Shown in pieces: positions 52,121-62,140 of a stretch of DNA of 64,000 nucleotides. The notes below the pieces were generated by a model. The model searched no databases. It worked only from the letters and a program-made list of their open reading frames with translations, and was not told the origin of the DNA. Source of the stretch: a virus (taxonomy: Duplodnaviria; Caudoviricetes); IMG/VR virus record IMGVR_UViG_3300035208_002115; one strand, given 5' to 3'. The position numbers and the translations under genes were made by a program. The stretch's first letter is position 1. The number at the start of each line of letters is the position of its first letter.

Positions 52121-53382
52121 TTTAAAAATTGGTGATAAATTTAAATGTGTAAAATCCGTAGATAATATTTTTGATTACCCACTATTTATAAAAGAAAATA
52201 TTTATGAGATTTTATATTTCGATGAACAAACAGATTCAATTGTATTAAATCACATTCTTTATGCTTGTGAATATGCTGAATTTAATAAAAAATTTATTGA
52301 AGATAATTTTGATATAATTTAATTTTTTTTTATTTTATGACATTGGAAAGATATATTAACGAGAAAATCAAATCATTAACCGACACTATTAGTAAAACAA
52401 CAGATGTGAAAAGTCTAAAAGAATTGACCAAAGCTCGTGATAATTTACTTAGATTGAAAAATTTTTAATTATAAATCATGAATGGTAGAAAATTATTCAG
52501 GAAATATGCACAAAGTACAGGTAAAATAGCCAAGGAATTTGTTGAAATTAAACCTGAAATGTATGATTATGATACATTAATCACAAAAGATGGTAATGGT
52601 AATATCGAATCGACTTTTATCAATTATAAAGATATGGTACATTGGATTATTAAAACATTACCATAAAAAACAAATAGTAATATGGAAGAAATATATGGTA
52701 CAGTGACAGTAGGTGCTGGCACAAGCCAACAAAAAGAAATAGGTATTGTTGATTTTGTCCAAGCATCTTTTAAAGATAATAGACTTATCACCGTCTCAAC
52801 ACTTGAAAATGATGAAGGATATTTATTAACTATCGAAAATCCTAATTCATCAGGGAGAAATCCCACTCAAAGTATGTGGTTATCTAAAGAAAGTTTTATG
52901 GGATTGGTGACAACATCATTTATATTCTGGAATTGTAAAAACGAAAACTTGGAATCATTATTACAAAATTCTGTCATAGATAAAGATGTTGATTATAGAA
53001 TATCTGGTAATTTACACAACTTTGATGAAAAAAAAATATAGAATAAATGGGCAAAAGAGTGGAACAATGGAAAAGTATAAATAAACTGGAATTCGAAATT
53101 AGGGGTTTAAAATGTGATTACTGTGATTATCGAGATGATAGTGTAAAATTCACAGAATATCTTAGTAGCATCGGAAAGAAATGTCCAAAATGTGGTAATA
53201 ATTTATTGACTAAAAAGGAATATGACGATTGTGTAAAAATTTATATTAAAATGGCACAACTCGAAAAGGTATTGGGTATATTTAAATGGTTCAACCCATT
53301 AAATTATTTCCGTTTTATTTTTGGTATTAAATGTAAAACATATACCTTCACTAAAGATTATCCAAATAGAAATATAGAATGA
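52101..53382 (+). other. Small hypothetical CDSs (52101-52322, 52478-52666, 52682-53041, 53047-53382 zinc ribbon)
   Basis: Co-oriented ORFs; CDYC...CPKCG in the last. Confidence 0.55.
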
Positions 53383-53669
53383 TAAATTATAAATTAGAAC
53401 GTTTACAAAAAGGCGAAACAGTTATCACCAGTGAGAAGGGGAATTCTATGTTGCCTTTAATTAAATCAGGCCAAGACCATAAACTTGCTCCAGCGACATT
53501 AGATGATGTCGAAATTGGGGACATTGTTTATTGTAAAGTTCGGGGTAAATTTTATACACATTTAGTGAAAGCTAAAGACGATGTAAAAGGATGTTTAATC
53601 GGAAATAATCGTGGTCATATTAATGGATGGACTAAACAGATATACGGTAAAGTAATTGAAGTAATTTAA
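53379..53669 (+). CDS. S24/S26 peptidase-like small protein
   Basis: GNSMLPLIKSG...IGDIV. Confidence 0.6.
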   Translation: MINYKLERLQKGETVITSEKGNSMLPLIKSGQDHKLAPATLDDVEIGDIVYCKVRGKFYTHLVKAKDDVKGCLIGNNRGHINGWTKQIYGKVIEVI

Positions 53670-53717
53670 ATATTCCATTAGTTATATACGGAAACAAAAA
53701 ATAATCCAATTGGGTTT

Positions 53718-53963
53718 ATGTTAGATTTAATAACCGAGTCTTATTTTGAAGACGAATTTCTAAAAGCAGATGGAATGGATGATGCTATAATAGGTGTCGA
53801 TGAAACTTCGATGCGACTTATCTATTCAGTAAAAAAATGTTTAAAATTATTAATGAAACAGGGAATGAAATATGAAGAAGCATTAGAATATTTTGATTTC
53901 AATGTTTCTGGAGCATATGTTGGTGAAAAAACACCGATATGGTGTCAAGATAATTTCATATAA
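53718..53963 (+). CDS. Small acidic phage protein
   Basis: ADGMDDAIIG...EEALEYFDFNVSGAYVGEKTP. Confidence 0.65.
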   Translation: MLDLITESYFEDEFLKADGMDDAIIGVDETSMRLIYSVKKCLKLLMKQGMKYEEALEYFDFNVSGAYVGEKTPIWCQDNFI

Positions 53964-54005
53964 TAAACAATTGTTTATTTTTTTACTATAATAATAAAAA
54001 AATTC

Positions 54006-54185
54006 ATGAAAAGATTAGTAAGAAAACCAATAAATGGTGGAGCTGGCGTTTGTACTGGACTGGCTGATTATTTTGATATGGATGTGACAATCGTTCGTTT
54101 GATTTTTGTGTGTGGTGTGTTATTCACATACGCTGGATTTGGTTTGTTATATTTAATATTATGGGCAGTTGTTCCAGTGGAATAA
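54006..54185 (+). CDS. pspC: PspC-domain membrane protein (59 aa, absent from the ORF track)
   Basis: MKRLVR...AGVCTGLADYFDMDVTIVRLIFV...LYLILWAVVP. Confidence 0.85.
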   Translation: MKRLVRKPINGGAGVCTGLADYFDMDVTIVRLIFVCGVLFTYAGFGLLYLILWAVVPVE

Positions 54186-54218
54186 TATTGAATATTATTA
54201 AAAAATAAAAATATTTAA

Positions 54219-55169
54219 ATGAGTGAATACTTTGATTATGATGATATCAATCTGATACCTAAGATGTGTATTGTTAATTCACGTTCAGAATGTAACACAA
54301 AGGTCAAATTGGGCGGTTTTACATTTAATATACCAGTTGTTCCAGCAAATATGGAATCGGTTATAAACGAAGATTTATGCATAAAATTGGCATCCAGTGG
54401 ATATTTCTATATTATGCATCGGTTTGGAGTGGATAATGTAGAATTTGTGAAGTATATGAAAAGCTTGGGGTTATACACTTCCATATCAATTGGAGTTAAT
54501 GGTGATTCATATCCAACATTAGAAAAGTTATTAAAGAATAATCTAATACCAGATTTCATAACTGTTGATATAGCACATGGACATGCCATTAAAATGAAAG
54601 AAATGTTGAAATTTTTAAAGAATAATTTCAAAAACACTTTTGTGATTGCTGGAAATGTATCGACTGCTGAAGGTGTCATGGACTTAGAAAAATGGGGTGC
54701 TGATGCTGTTAAAGTTGGAATTTCACCCGGGTCGGCCTGTACCACATCACCAACAACAGGTTTTGGTTCTCGTGGTTCGCAAGCCTATACTGTGAATTTA
54801 TGTTCTATGAATAGTACAGTACCTATAATTGCTGATGGTGGTATAAAAGTCCCAGCCGATATTGCAAAATCTGTTGTATTAGGTGCAACTATGTGTATGG
54901 TCGGTGGTATGTTATCTTCACATTCCGACAGTCCCGGTCGGACGGTTGAACAAAACGGAATTCGTTATAAAGAATTTTACGGGTCGGCCTCGGCTAAACA
55001 GAGTAATAAGAGAAATAGAATAGAGGGTACTGTTAAATTAAATTCGTTAAAGGATACCACTTTAATTGAATATTTAGAATATCTGGAAGAATGTTTACAA
55101 AGTTCTATTTCTTATGGTGGTGGTAATAGATTAGAAGATTTAAGATTAGTTGATTGGTATAAAAAATAA
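54219..55169 (+). CDS. guaC: GMP reductase
   Basis: [62 protein letters not shown]; no CBS domains. Confidence 0.88.
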   Translation: MSEYFDYDDINLIPKMCIVNSRSECNTKVKLGGFTFNIPVVPANMESVINEDLCIKLASSGYFYIMHRFGVDNVEFVKYMKSLGLYTSISIGVNGDSYPTLEKLLKNNLIPDFITVDIAHGHAIKMKEMLKFLKNNFKNTFVIAGNVSTAEGVMDLEKWGADAVKVGISPGSACTTSPTTGFGSRGSQAYTVNLCSMNSTVPIIADGGIKVPADIAKSVVLGATMCMVGGMLSSHSDSPGRTVEQNGIRYKEFYGSASAKQSNKRNRIEGTVKLNSLKDTTLIEYLEYLEECLQSSISYGGGNRLEDLRLVDWYKK

Positions 55170-55180
55170 AATATAAATTT

Positions 55181-55626
55181 ATGAAAATTAAAGACGTAAA
55201 TAAATTCGGATTCGGGAAAAAAACAAATAATGAATATAAAATTGTTGAACGTAAATTTCAAGATAATAATACATTATTTTTTATTAAAGAAATAAAAGGA
55301 ATTGATTCTTCAAATTTGGAGTTACAGTTTGAAGAAATTCGTGAAGAATCATTTAACACACTGGAAGAAGCAAAACAATTTGTTGAAGAATTGAAAGAAG
55401 TTGATAAACAGGTAACAGTTTTGGAAGAAAAAATACATGATTGCTGATGGAATATATTGGAATTCATAAAATAAGTGGTTTGAAAATATACAAACACGAG
55501 GGTAAACATTATTTATTTGAAGAAAAATCCGATGCATATATACATATGCAAGAATTATCCGAAGAACAGAAAAATATGATTAGAGCTTTACATAGTGATA
55601 AAGCTACAATATTGTTTCAGAGGTAG
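55181..55626 (+). other. Two small hypothetical CDSs (55181-55447, 55441-55626)
   Basis: Co-oriented ORFs. Confidence 0.5.
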
Positions 55627-55650
55627 AAAAATACTTATATATTTAGAAAG

Positions 55651-55676
55651 ACCAACTTTAGCGAGTTGGTTTTTTT
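55651..55676 (+). terminator. Intrinsic terminator
   Basis: ACCAACTT-TAGC-GAGTTGGT-TTTTTT. Confidence 0.75.
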
Positions 55677-55708
55677 ATATATAACAGAATATAAAAAATT
55701 CTAATTAC

Positions 55709-58036
55709 ATGATAAATATTTTAATAGTGGATGATATTAATTCCAATCGAAAAGATTTAAAAGAACGTCTGAGGAATCTAAATTTTGAAGTTAATTTTTT
55801 TGAGTCGGTAAATGATAAATCAACATTTGATATTTTGAGTAGTAATATTATAGATATTATATTATTAGACATCGTTTTAAATAATGAATCTGGAATTGAC
55901 ATATGTAAGAAAATAAGAGGTGATAAAAGAACAGAAAATATTATAGTCATCATGATTACTGCTTACGGTGAAATCACAGATTTAAAAGAACAAGTATTAG
56001 AAGCTGGTGCAGATTCATATATCACAAGACCATTTGACACATTTGAATTAGTGTCCAGAATAAATATAGCGATTCGTTTAAAGAAGGCCGAAGATTCTTT
56101 ACGTACTGAAAAGAAAATGTTAGAATATGGTTTATCGTTGAGTGAGAAGAAATATAAAGATTTATTTTCAACAATGACCAGTGCATTTTCATTAAATGAA
56201 GTGATATATAATGAACAAGGAGAAATTTATGATTATAGGTTTATTGAAGTAAATAACGCCTTTGAAAAAGCTACTGGTTTAAAAGCTACTGATATAATTG
56301 GAAAGTTAGCATCTGAAATATATCCAGTATTTTATAAAAGTTGGTTAAACTTATATTTTGATGTCATTAAAGAAAAGAAGACCAAAAGTGTTGTTGAATA
56401 TATTCAGAATGCTAATAGATGGGTTGAAATTTTTATCTATGCACAATCTAAAAAATTCTTTATATCCGTTTTTAATGATGTCACCGAGATAGTAGAAAAT
56501 AATAAAAAAATAAATAAAATACATAAGGAATTAGACCAAATATTAAATGCATCTTCTCCACTTTGCGTTGTGAACAAAGAATGTAAATTAATTTTAGTTA
56601 ATGATTCTTTTTGTTCTATGTTCAAAGTCGATAGGGATGTAGTTTTGGGTAATTTTTGTCAAAATGTGTTAAACCCAAACACTTGTAAAATATGTCCAAT
56701 TAAGAGAATAATGGGAGGCACAAAAAAATCAATTTTTGAAATTAACACTAAAGTTGGTAAAAGTAAATTATTGCGTTGTTTAGTAACAGCTAAACCTTAT
56801 GAAAATGACCAAAATAAAATAATAGGAATGGTGTCAACCTTTACAGATATAACACGGTTAAAAAAAATTGAAAAAAAACTTATAAAAGCTAAAGACCAAG
56901 CTGAAGAATCTGACAGATTAAAATCTGCTTTTTTAGCTAATATGTCCCACGAAATAAGAACACCTATGAACTCAATCATTGGGTTCTCAGATTTATTAAA
57001 TGAAGATTATATTGAAAAAAGTATTAAAGAAAATTATTTAAATATAATTCAAAACGCTGGGAATGATTTATTAAAACTAATAGATGATATTATAGATATT
57101 GCTAAAATTGAAGCTGGTCAAATACAATTAAAAGCTGAAAATTTTTCATTGAAGAAAATGGTATCAGAATTATATATTTTATATAAAAGAAATCCTAATT
57201 TAATGGCAAACAATGTTACATTGAGTCTTATAGAATATGATTTTAATTGTGATAATATTTTTGCAGACGAATTACGATTGAAACAGATAATAATTAATCT
57301 ATTAAATAACGCTATTAAATTTACTCACGAGGGTGAGATAACTTTCGGTTATTATTTAGATGGTGCTTTTATTCAATTTTTTGTAAAAGATTCTGGTATA
57401 GGGTTAACAAAAGAGCAAATAAAGATTGTATGGGAAAGATTTCGTCAAGCCGATAACTCAACTACTAAAAAATATGGTGGTGCAGGTCTTGGGTTGTCCA
57501 TATCAGATGGTATAGTTAAGTTATTTGGTGGTAAAATATGGGCTGAATCAGAATTATGTAAAGGAACGACCTTTTATTTCACCATTCCATATATACAATC
57601 TAATAAAAACTTAATTAATTTGGAAGAACTTCCCACAAAAGTAACTTATAACTGGGAGAAAAAAACTATATTAATAGCAGAAGATGTCGATTTAAATTAT
57701 CAATTAATAGAAAAACTTCTTGATGATACTAATGTGGACATAATAAGAGCTAAAAATGGAATCGAAGCAATTAAATTATATAAACAACATAAAAATATTA
57801 TAGATGTTATATTAATGGATATACAAATGCCAGATATGAATGGGTATGATGCTACTAAAAAAATTAAAAAAATAAACAAAGATGTTCCAATAATTGCTCA
57901 AACAGCTTATGTTATGAACGATGAAATTAAAAAATGTTATGAAGTGGGATGTTCAGATATTATAAAAAAACCCATTATTAAAAGAAATATGGTTGAAACT
58001 ATTAATAAATTTATTAATATTAGAAAAAATAATTAG
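55709..58036 (+). CDS. Hybrid sensor histidine kinase (REC-PAS-PAS-HisKA-HATPase-REC)
   Basis: ILIVDD...LLD, MSHEIRTPMN, NLLNNAIKFT, DSGIG, GAGLGLSI, IAED...LMDIQMP. Confidence 0.95.
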   Translation: MINILIVDDINSNRKDLKERLRNLNFEVNFFESVNDKSTFDILSSNIIDIILLDIVLNNESGIDICKKIRGDKRTENIIVIMITAYGEITDLKEQVLEAGADSYITRPFDTFELVSRINIAIRLKKAEDSLRTEKKMLEYGLSLSEKKYKDLFSTMTSAFSLNEVIYNEQGEIYDYRFIEVNNAFEKATGLKATDIIGKLASEIYPVFYKSWLNLYFDVIKEKKTKSVVEYIQNANRWVEIFIYAQSKKFFISVFNDVTEIVENNKKINKIHKELDQILNASSPLCVVNKECKLILVNDSFCSMFKVDRDVVLGNFCQNVLNPNTCKICPIKRIMGGTKKSIFEINTKVGKSKLLRCLVTAKPYENDQNKIIGMVSTFTDITRLKKIEKKLIKAKDQAEESDRLKSAFLANMSHEIRTPMNSIIGFSDLLNEDYIEKSIKENYLNIIQNAGNDLLKLIDDIIDIAKIEAGQIQLKAENFSLKKMVSELYILYKRNPNLMANNVTLSLIEYDFNCDNIFADELRLKQIIINLLNNAIKFTHEGEITFGYYLDGAFIQFFVKDSGIGLTKEQIKIVWERFRQADNSTTKKYGGAGLGLSISDGIVKLFGGKIWAESELCKGTTFYFTIPYIQSNKNLINLEELPTKVTYNWEKKTILIAEDVDLNYQLIEKLLDDTNVDIIRAKNGIEAIKLYKQHKNIIDVILMDIQMPDMNGYDATKKIKKINKDVPIIAQTAYVMNDEIKKCYEVGCSDIIKKPIIKRNMVETINKFINIRKNN

Positions 58037-58092
58037 TCGATGAAAATTTCAATTGTGATAATTTATATATACTGTAAAATAAAAATATAAAT

Positions 58093-59250
58093 ATGGCACT
58101 ACTAAGAAGGTCAACTCTAAAACAATTCAGGAATTTCAGAAAAGAGGTAAAACGTCAGGGTGGTGATATTGGCGATAAAATAAGCAAAACTGAAAATAGT
58201 TTTCCAAATATGGTGTATAACAGAAACCCATTCGACAGTGATGTTAAAGTTGATACATACGAAGATGATTATTCTATCGGGAATAATACAAAATTAAATT
58301 CAAAAGAAATGAAACATGTAAGAACATTTGAATCTCATGATATATATTCAACTATCATAAAAATGTTGGATAATAAACAAATTTCAGAAACTGAAGCTCA
58401 TCAAATAGTTGACTCTCAGAAAATAACCGATGTTTTTAAAAAAGATATCAAAAAAGCTATAACTAAACATTGTCGAAAAACTAAAATAGAAAGTTTAGAT
58501 GAAAGCCTTAGTGAAACAAGAAAAAAAGCTGAACAAGCAGGTGCTAAAGAATATATTGAAAAAACTGGCGAAATTCTTCAATATAAAAACGGACAGTATT
58601 TAATAGAATTAGATGAATTTGTAAAATTACATGATGGTAAAATTCAATATAAACCGATTGAAAGTTATAAAGGACATCAGATTAAATTAGATAAAAATGG
58701 TTCTTATTTATATAGCATTTTTAAAGGTGCAACCAATCTGGAAGATAGAATAAGTTCTATTAAGAAATGTAAAGAAATAATTGATGGTTTTAAAGGTGTA
58801 AATGAAAAAGCTAATTACAATTTCCCTTATGGTATAGACCAAATACCACAATTTTATTTGAAACAGTGGTTAGAAAAATATTCTTTATGGTGTGAAGCAA
58901 ATAAACAAACCCCAAAATATTCAAATTTTGACGAAGTGGTTGGTGATGAGGATGCTATTTCTACAATATTTTATCATGCTGAATTATACGCCCAAGATAA
59001 TAGTGAAATGTTAGATGGTTCTGAATTTGTAGATACTTCTTATTTAAAAGAATCTTCTGATACATCAGCTAATTATAGCTATGATATACTTAGAATGGGT
59101 AAAGATATTACTGTTGGTGATATTCATGGTAAGATATGGAAAATTGAAGGTGCTGATGTTTACATTGAAACCAAAAATGAGGATGGTAAAATAATTGTTA
59201 AAATTCCTATATCCAAGGTAGCCAAAGCTTATAAAATAAAAAAAGATTAA
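58093..59250 (+). CDS. Multi-segment putative virion protein
   Basis: Internal MKHVRTFES plus LSE, VNE and LKE motifs. Confidence 0.55.
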   Translation: MALLRRSTLKQFRNFRKEVKRQGGDIGDKISKTENSFPNMVYNRNPFDSDVKVDTYEDDYSIGNNTKLNSKEMKHVRTFESHDIYSTIIKMLDNKQISETEAHQIVDSQKITDVFKKDIKKAITKHCRKTKIESLDESLSETRKKAEQAGAKEYIEKTGEILQYKNGQYLIELDEFVKLHDGKIQYKPIESYKGHQIKLDKNGSYLYSIFKGATNLEDRISSIKKCKEIIDGFKGVNEKANYNFPYGIDQIPQFYLKQWLEKYSLWCEANKQTPKYSNFDEVVGDEDAISTIFYHAELYAQDNSEMLDGSEFVDTSYLKESSDTSANYSYDILRMGKDITVGDIHGKIWKIEGADVYIETKNEDGKIIVKIPISKVAKAYKIKKD

Positions 59251-60786
59251 ATGTTATCTTTTAAATCTTTTGTTAGAAATAACCTTTTTGAATCTATTGA
59301 TGATAATCAGAACTGGGTATTAAATGTAATATCTGATAAATCTATTGTCAGAACTAAAACCACCAGAGAGAAACTGGAGGGATATTTAGGTAAATTATAC
59401 AATTTCACAGAAGATAATCAAATCATTGATAAAAAAGAATTAACAAAAATACAAAATGATTTAGATAAAATCTATTCATCATATTATTACTCGTTTTCAA
59501 ATAAAGAAACACAGCGTTCAAAATTAGAAGACTTCGCTAAGAAAAGAGGATATTCTTCTTTATATAAAGCAGCATATGAAGAATCAGGTGACCCAGTTTT
59601 AAAGGTTTTAGCGAATTTAAATACATATTCGTTGTCTAATGTGAAATATAATTTAAAAAGAATCGATACAATTAATGATAAATTAACAAAAGATGAAGAA
59701 AAATTTATTACTGATTATTATCCAAATTTATATAAATGGGCATCTTTATATGATAAAATAGAAGAAATACGCACAATATTAAACCCATCAAAAGAACAGA
59801 GGGAAGCTAAAAAGCTACAAGAAATTAAAGGTGTTGTTGACCCAAGAATTAAAAATTCTATTGATGAAATAGCTGAAAATTTCCGACAAGTTATCGAAGA
59901 ACAACAAAATGTTTATTATTTAAAATGTGTTAAAGATTTACAAAAATATTTTGTTGATGGACATTTTGAAAGAAATTTAGTTTCAAAAGACGACCAAATA
60001 TATGTTGCTGAATTAATTTATCGTTTATCATTTATGTTAAATAAATCTTCATCTCAATACACATTTATTGATGATTATGAAGAAAAAATATTAAAACAAT
60101 CATACGATGATAGTGTTGAAACAATTACAAAATTTCAAATTAAAATGTATGATAAACTTGGCGGTTTCATGCAAGAAATTGGTAAAAATTTCACAACCAG
60201 CGTTCAGGGTAAAACATATAAAAATAATGATATTTATTTTGATATAGAGGGTGGTGGTAATTTTGCAATAAGAAATCAGATTGTTTATAAAGTAAGTAAT
60301 CGTGGAACAAATTTTTATACATACCCCACAAATTTCATGTTTGCAAACTTACCAAATGGAGAAAGAGTTAAAGACCCAAGTGAATATACAGTTAAAAAAG
60401 CCTTTAATGATTATTATAATAAAACTAATGAAAGTGTTAAATACATAGATACAATAAATGAATTTATGACAATGTTGGATTTATTTCTTAAATCCAAGGA
60501 AAACAGGAAATGGCTTGTAACTGATGATGTCAAAATATATGTTCGTAAATCTAAAAGGTATCAAAATAAACAAATGTATGATTGTTTAGATTTGGCTTCT
60601 GTTGAAGTCGGTGACACTGGTAAAGGACTATTTACTGAACTTTTCGAAACTATATTAGATAAATACAAAAATAAAAATATTTTTGTTGAATCAATATTAG
60701 AAAAAAGATTTTACAATTTTATAAAAAAATATGGGTTTGAACCATATGGCAATTCTCCAGATAGTTTAATTAAGATTGTTGAATAA
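59251..60786 (+). CDS. Putative virion-packaged protein with C-terminal GNAT-like domain
   Basis: MLSFKSFVRNNLFES; LDLASVEV...GKGLFTEL...KKYGF. Confidence 0.5.
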   Translation: MLSFKSFVRNNLFESIDDNQNWVLNVISDKSIVRTKTTREKLEGYLGKLYNFTEDNQIIDKKELTKIQNDLDKIYSSYYYSFSNKETQRSKLEDFAKKRGYSSLYKAAYEESGDPVLKVLANLNTYSLSNVKYNLKRIDTINDKLTKDEEKFITDYYPNLYKWASLYDKIEEIRTILNPSKEQREAKKLQEIKGVVDPRIKNSIDEIAENFRQVIEEQQNVYYLKCVKDLQKYFVDGHFERNLVSKDDQIYVAELIYRLSFMLNKSSSQYTFIDDYEEKILKQSYDDSVETITKFQIKMYDKLGGFMQEIGKNFTTSVQGKTYKNNDIYFDIEGGGNFAIRNQIVYKVSNRGTNFYTYPTNFMFANLPNGERVKDPSEYTVKKAFNDYYNKTNESVKYIDTINEFMTMLDLFLKSKENRKWLVTDDVKIYVRKSKRYQNKQMYDCLDLASVEVGDTGKGLFTELFETILDKYKNKNIFVESILEKRFYNFIKKYGFEPYGNSPDSLIKIVE

Positions 60787-62047
60787 ATATATTATCTAAA
60801 CTTTTTAAAATGTTTTCATTATATTTTATCCTGATTAATTTAACATTATTATTTAAACAAAAATTATTTTTTATATTATCATGTCTTTTAATAATTTTTA
60901 AATTTTTTTCACCACCAAAGTATTCTATTGGTTTAAAGTGTTGTAAACCATCATATTCAATACACATATTATACTTTGGTAAATAAAAATCAAATCTCAA
61001 TTTATTTTCATTTTTACAATTATCGAAACAGTATTGTTGTGTGAATTTGATGTTATTTTTTTCAAGGTAAAGTCTTATTTTCTGTTCACCTTTTGATGAT
61101 TTACACGCAGGACAACCAACACCTCTAAGATGGGCGCAAGCTATTTGCTCGAAAAAACCATGTTTCGGACAAATTATTCTTATTTTTTTTCTACTATGTT
61201 CATAATTAACTAAACTGTAATCGTAAACTTTACCATGTTTATTTTCAGATATTTTAATAAATTTTTCTGTATCGTATGTTCTTAATTCGTGATAACATTT
61301 TTGACATCCCTTCCCATTAATATGTGAACCAGCATTTTGTTCGAATTCACCATGTATTGGACATATTATTTTTATTTTTTCTTTACAATTATTATATTGA
61401 GTTAATGAATAATCATATTTATTATTATGAATTTCTTTCACTTTTATAATATATTCTTCATTAGTGTAATTATATTTACCAGAACATTTTGAACAACCAA
61501 TACCAAGTAAATGAGATGTTGGTTCTTGTTCGAATTCACCATGTACAGGACATATAATAATAATTTTTTTATGTGCTGTAATATAATTAACTTTTGAATA
61601 ATCATATTTATTATTATGTATTATTTTTGCTTTCTCTATAAAATCTTTAATTGTATACAAAATATTATTTGCACATTTTGGACATCCAGTTTTATTATTT
61701 AAATGATTATCTGGTCTCGCTTCAAATTCCCCATGTTCAGGACAAATTATTTTTACTTTAGTTTTATTATTTACGTATTGAGTTAATGAATAATCATATT
61801 TATTGTTATGAACCATATTTGCTTTTGTAATAAATTCATCTTTAGTAGAATTTTTAACACCAGCACACTTTGGACACCCCTGTCCTCTTAAATGATTTGC
61901 AGGTTCTTGTTCAAATTCACCGTGTTTATCACAAATAATAACAACTTTTGTTCTGGAATTGATATAATTAATTAAAGAATAATCATACCTCATATTATGT
62001 TTACTGTTCGCCTTTTCAATAAAACGTATTTTTTTAATATCTATCAT
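60770..62047 (-). CDS. Homing-endonuclease-like protein with five Zn-ribbon repeats and a C-terminal PD-(D/E)xK (Vsr-like) nuclease
   Basis: H..KYDYS..Y...KI.IICP.HG.FEQ...H..G.GC.KC five times; FDFYLP...CIEYDGLQHF. Confidence 0.8.
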   Translation of the reverse strand: MIDIKKIRFIEKANSKHNMRYDYSLINYINSRTKVVIICDKHGEFEQEPANHLRGQGCPKCAGVKNSTKDEFITKANMVHNNKYDYSLTQYVNNKTKVKIICPEHGEFEARPDNHLNNKTGCPKCANNILYTIKDFIEKAKIIHNNKYDYSKVNYITAHKKIIIICPVHGEFEQEPTSHLLGIGCSKCSGKYNYTNEEYIIKVKEIHNNKYDYSLTQYNNCKEKIKIICPIHGEFEQNAGSHINGKGCQKCYHELRTYDTEKFIKISENKHGKVYDYSLVNYEHSRKKIRIICPKHGFFEQIACAHLRGVGCPACKSSKGEQKIRLYLEKNNIKFTQQYCFDNCKNENKLRFDFYLPKYNMCIEYDGLQHFKPIEYFGGEKNLKIIKRHDNIKNNFCLNNNVKLIRIKYNENILKSLDNIFIQQS

Positions 62048-62140
62048 AAACTTTTTCTTTTTATATGTATATATAAAATAAAGTGGGTCAAAAAAGTTAA
62101 AAGATTGTGACTATAACACTGAAAAACTAATAATTTAAAC

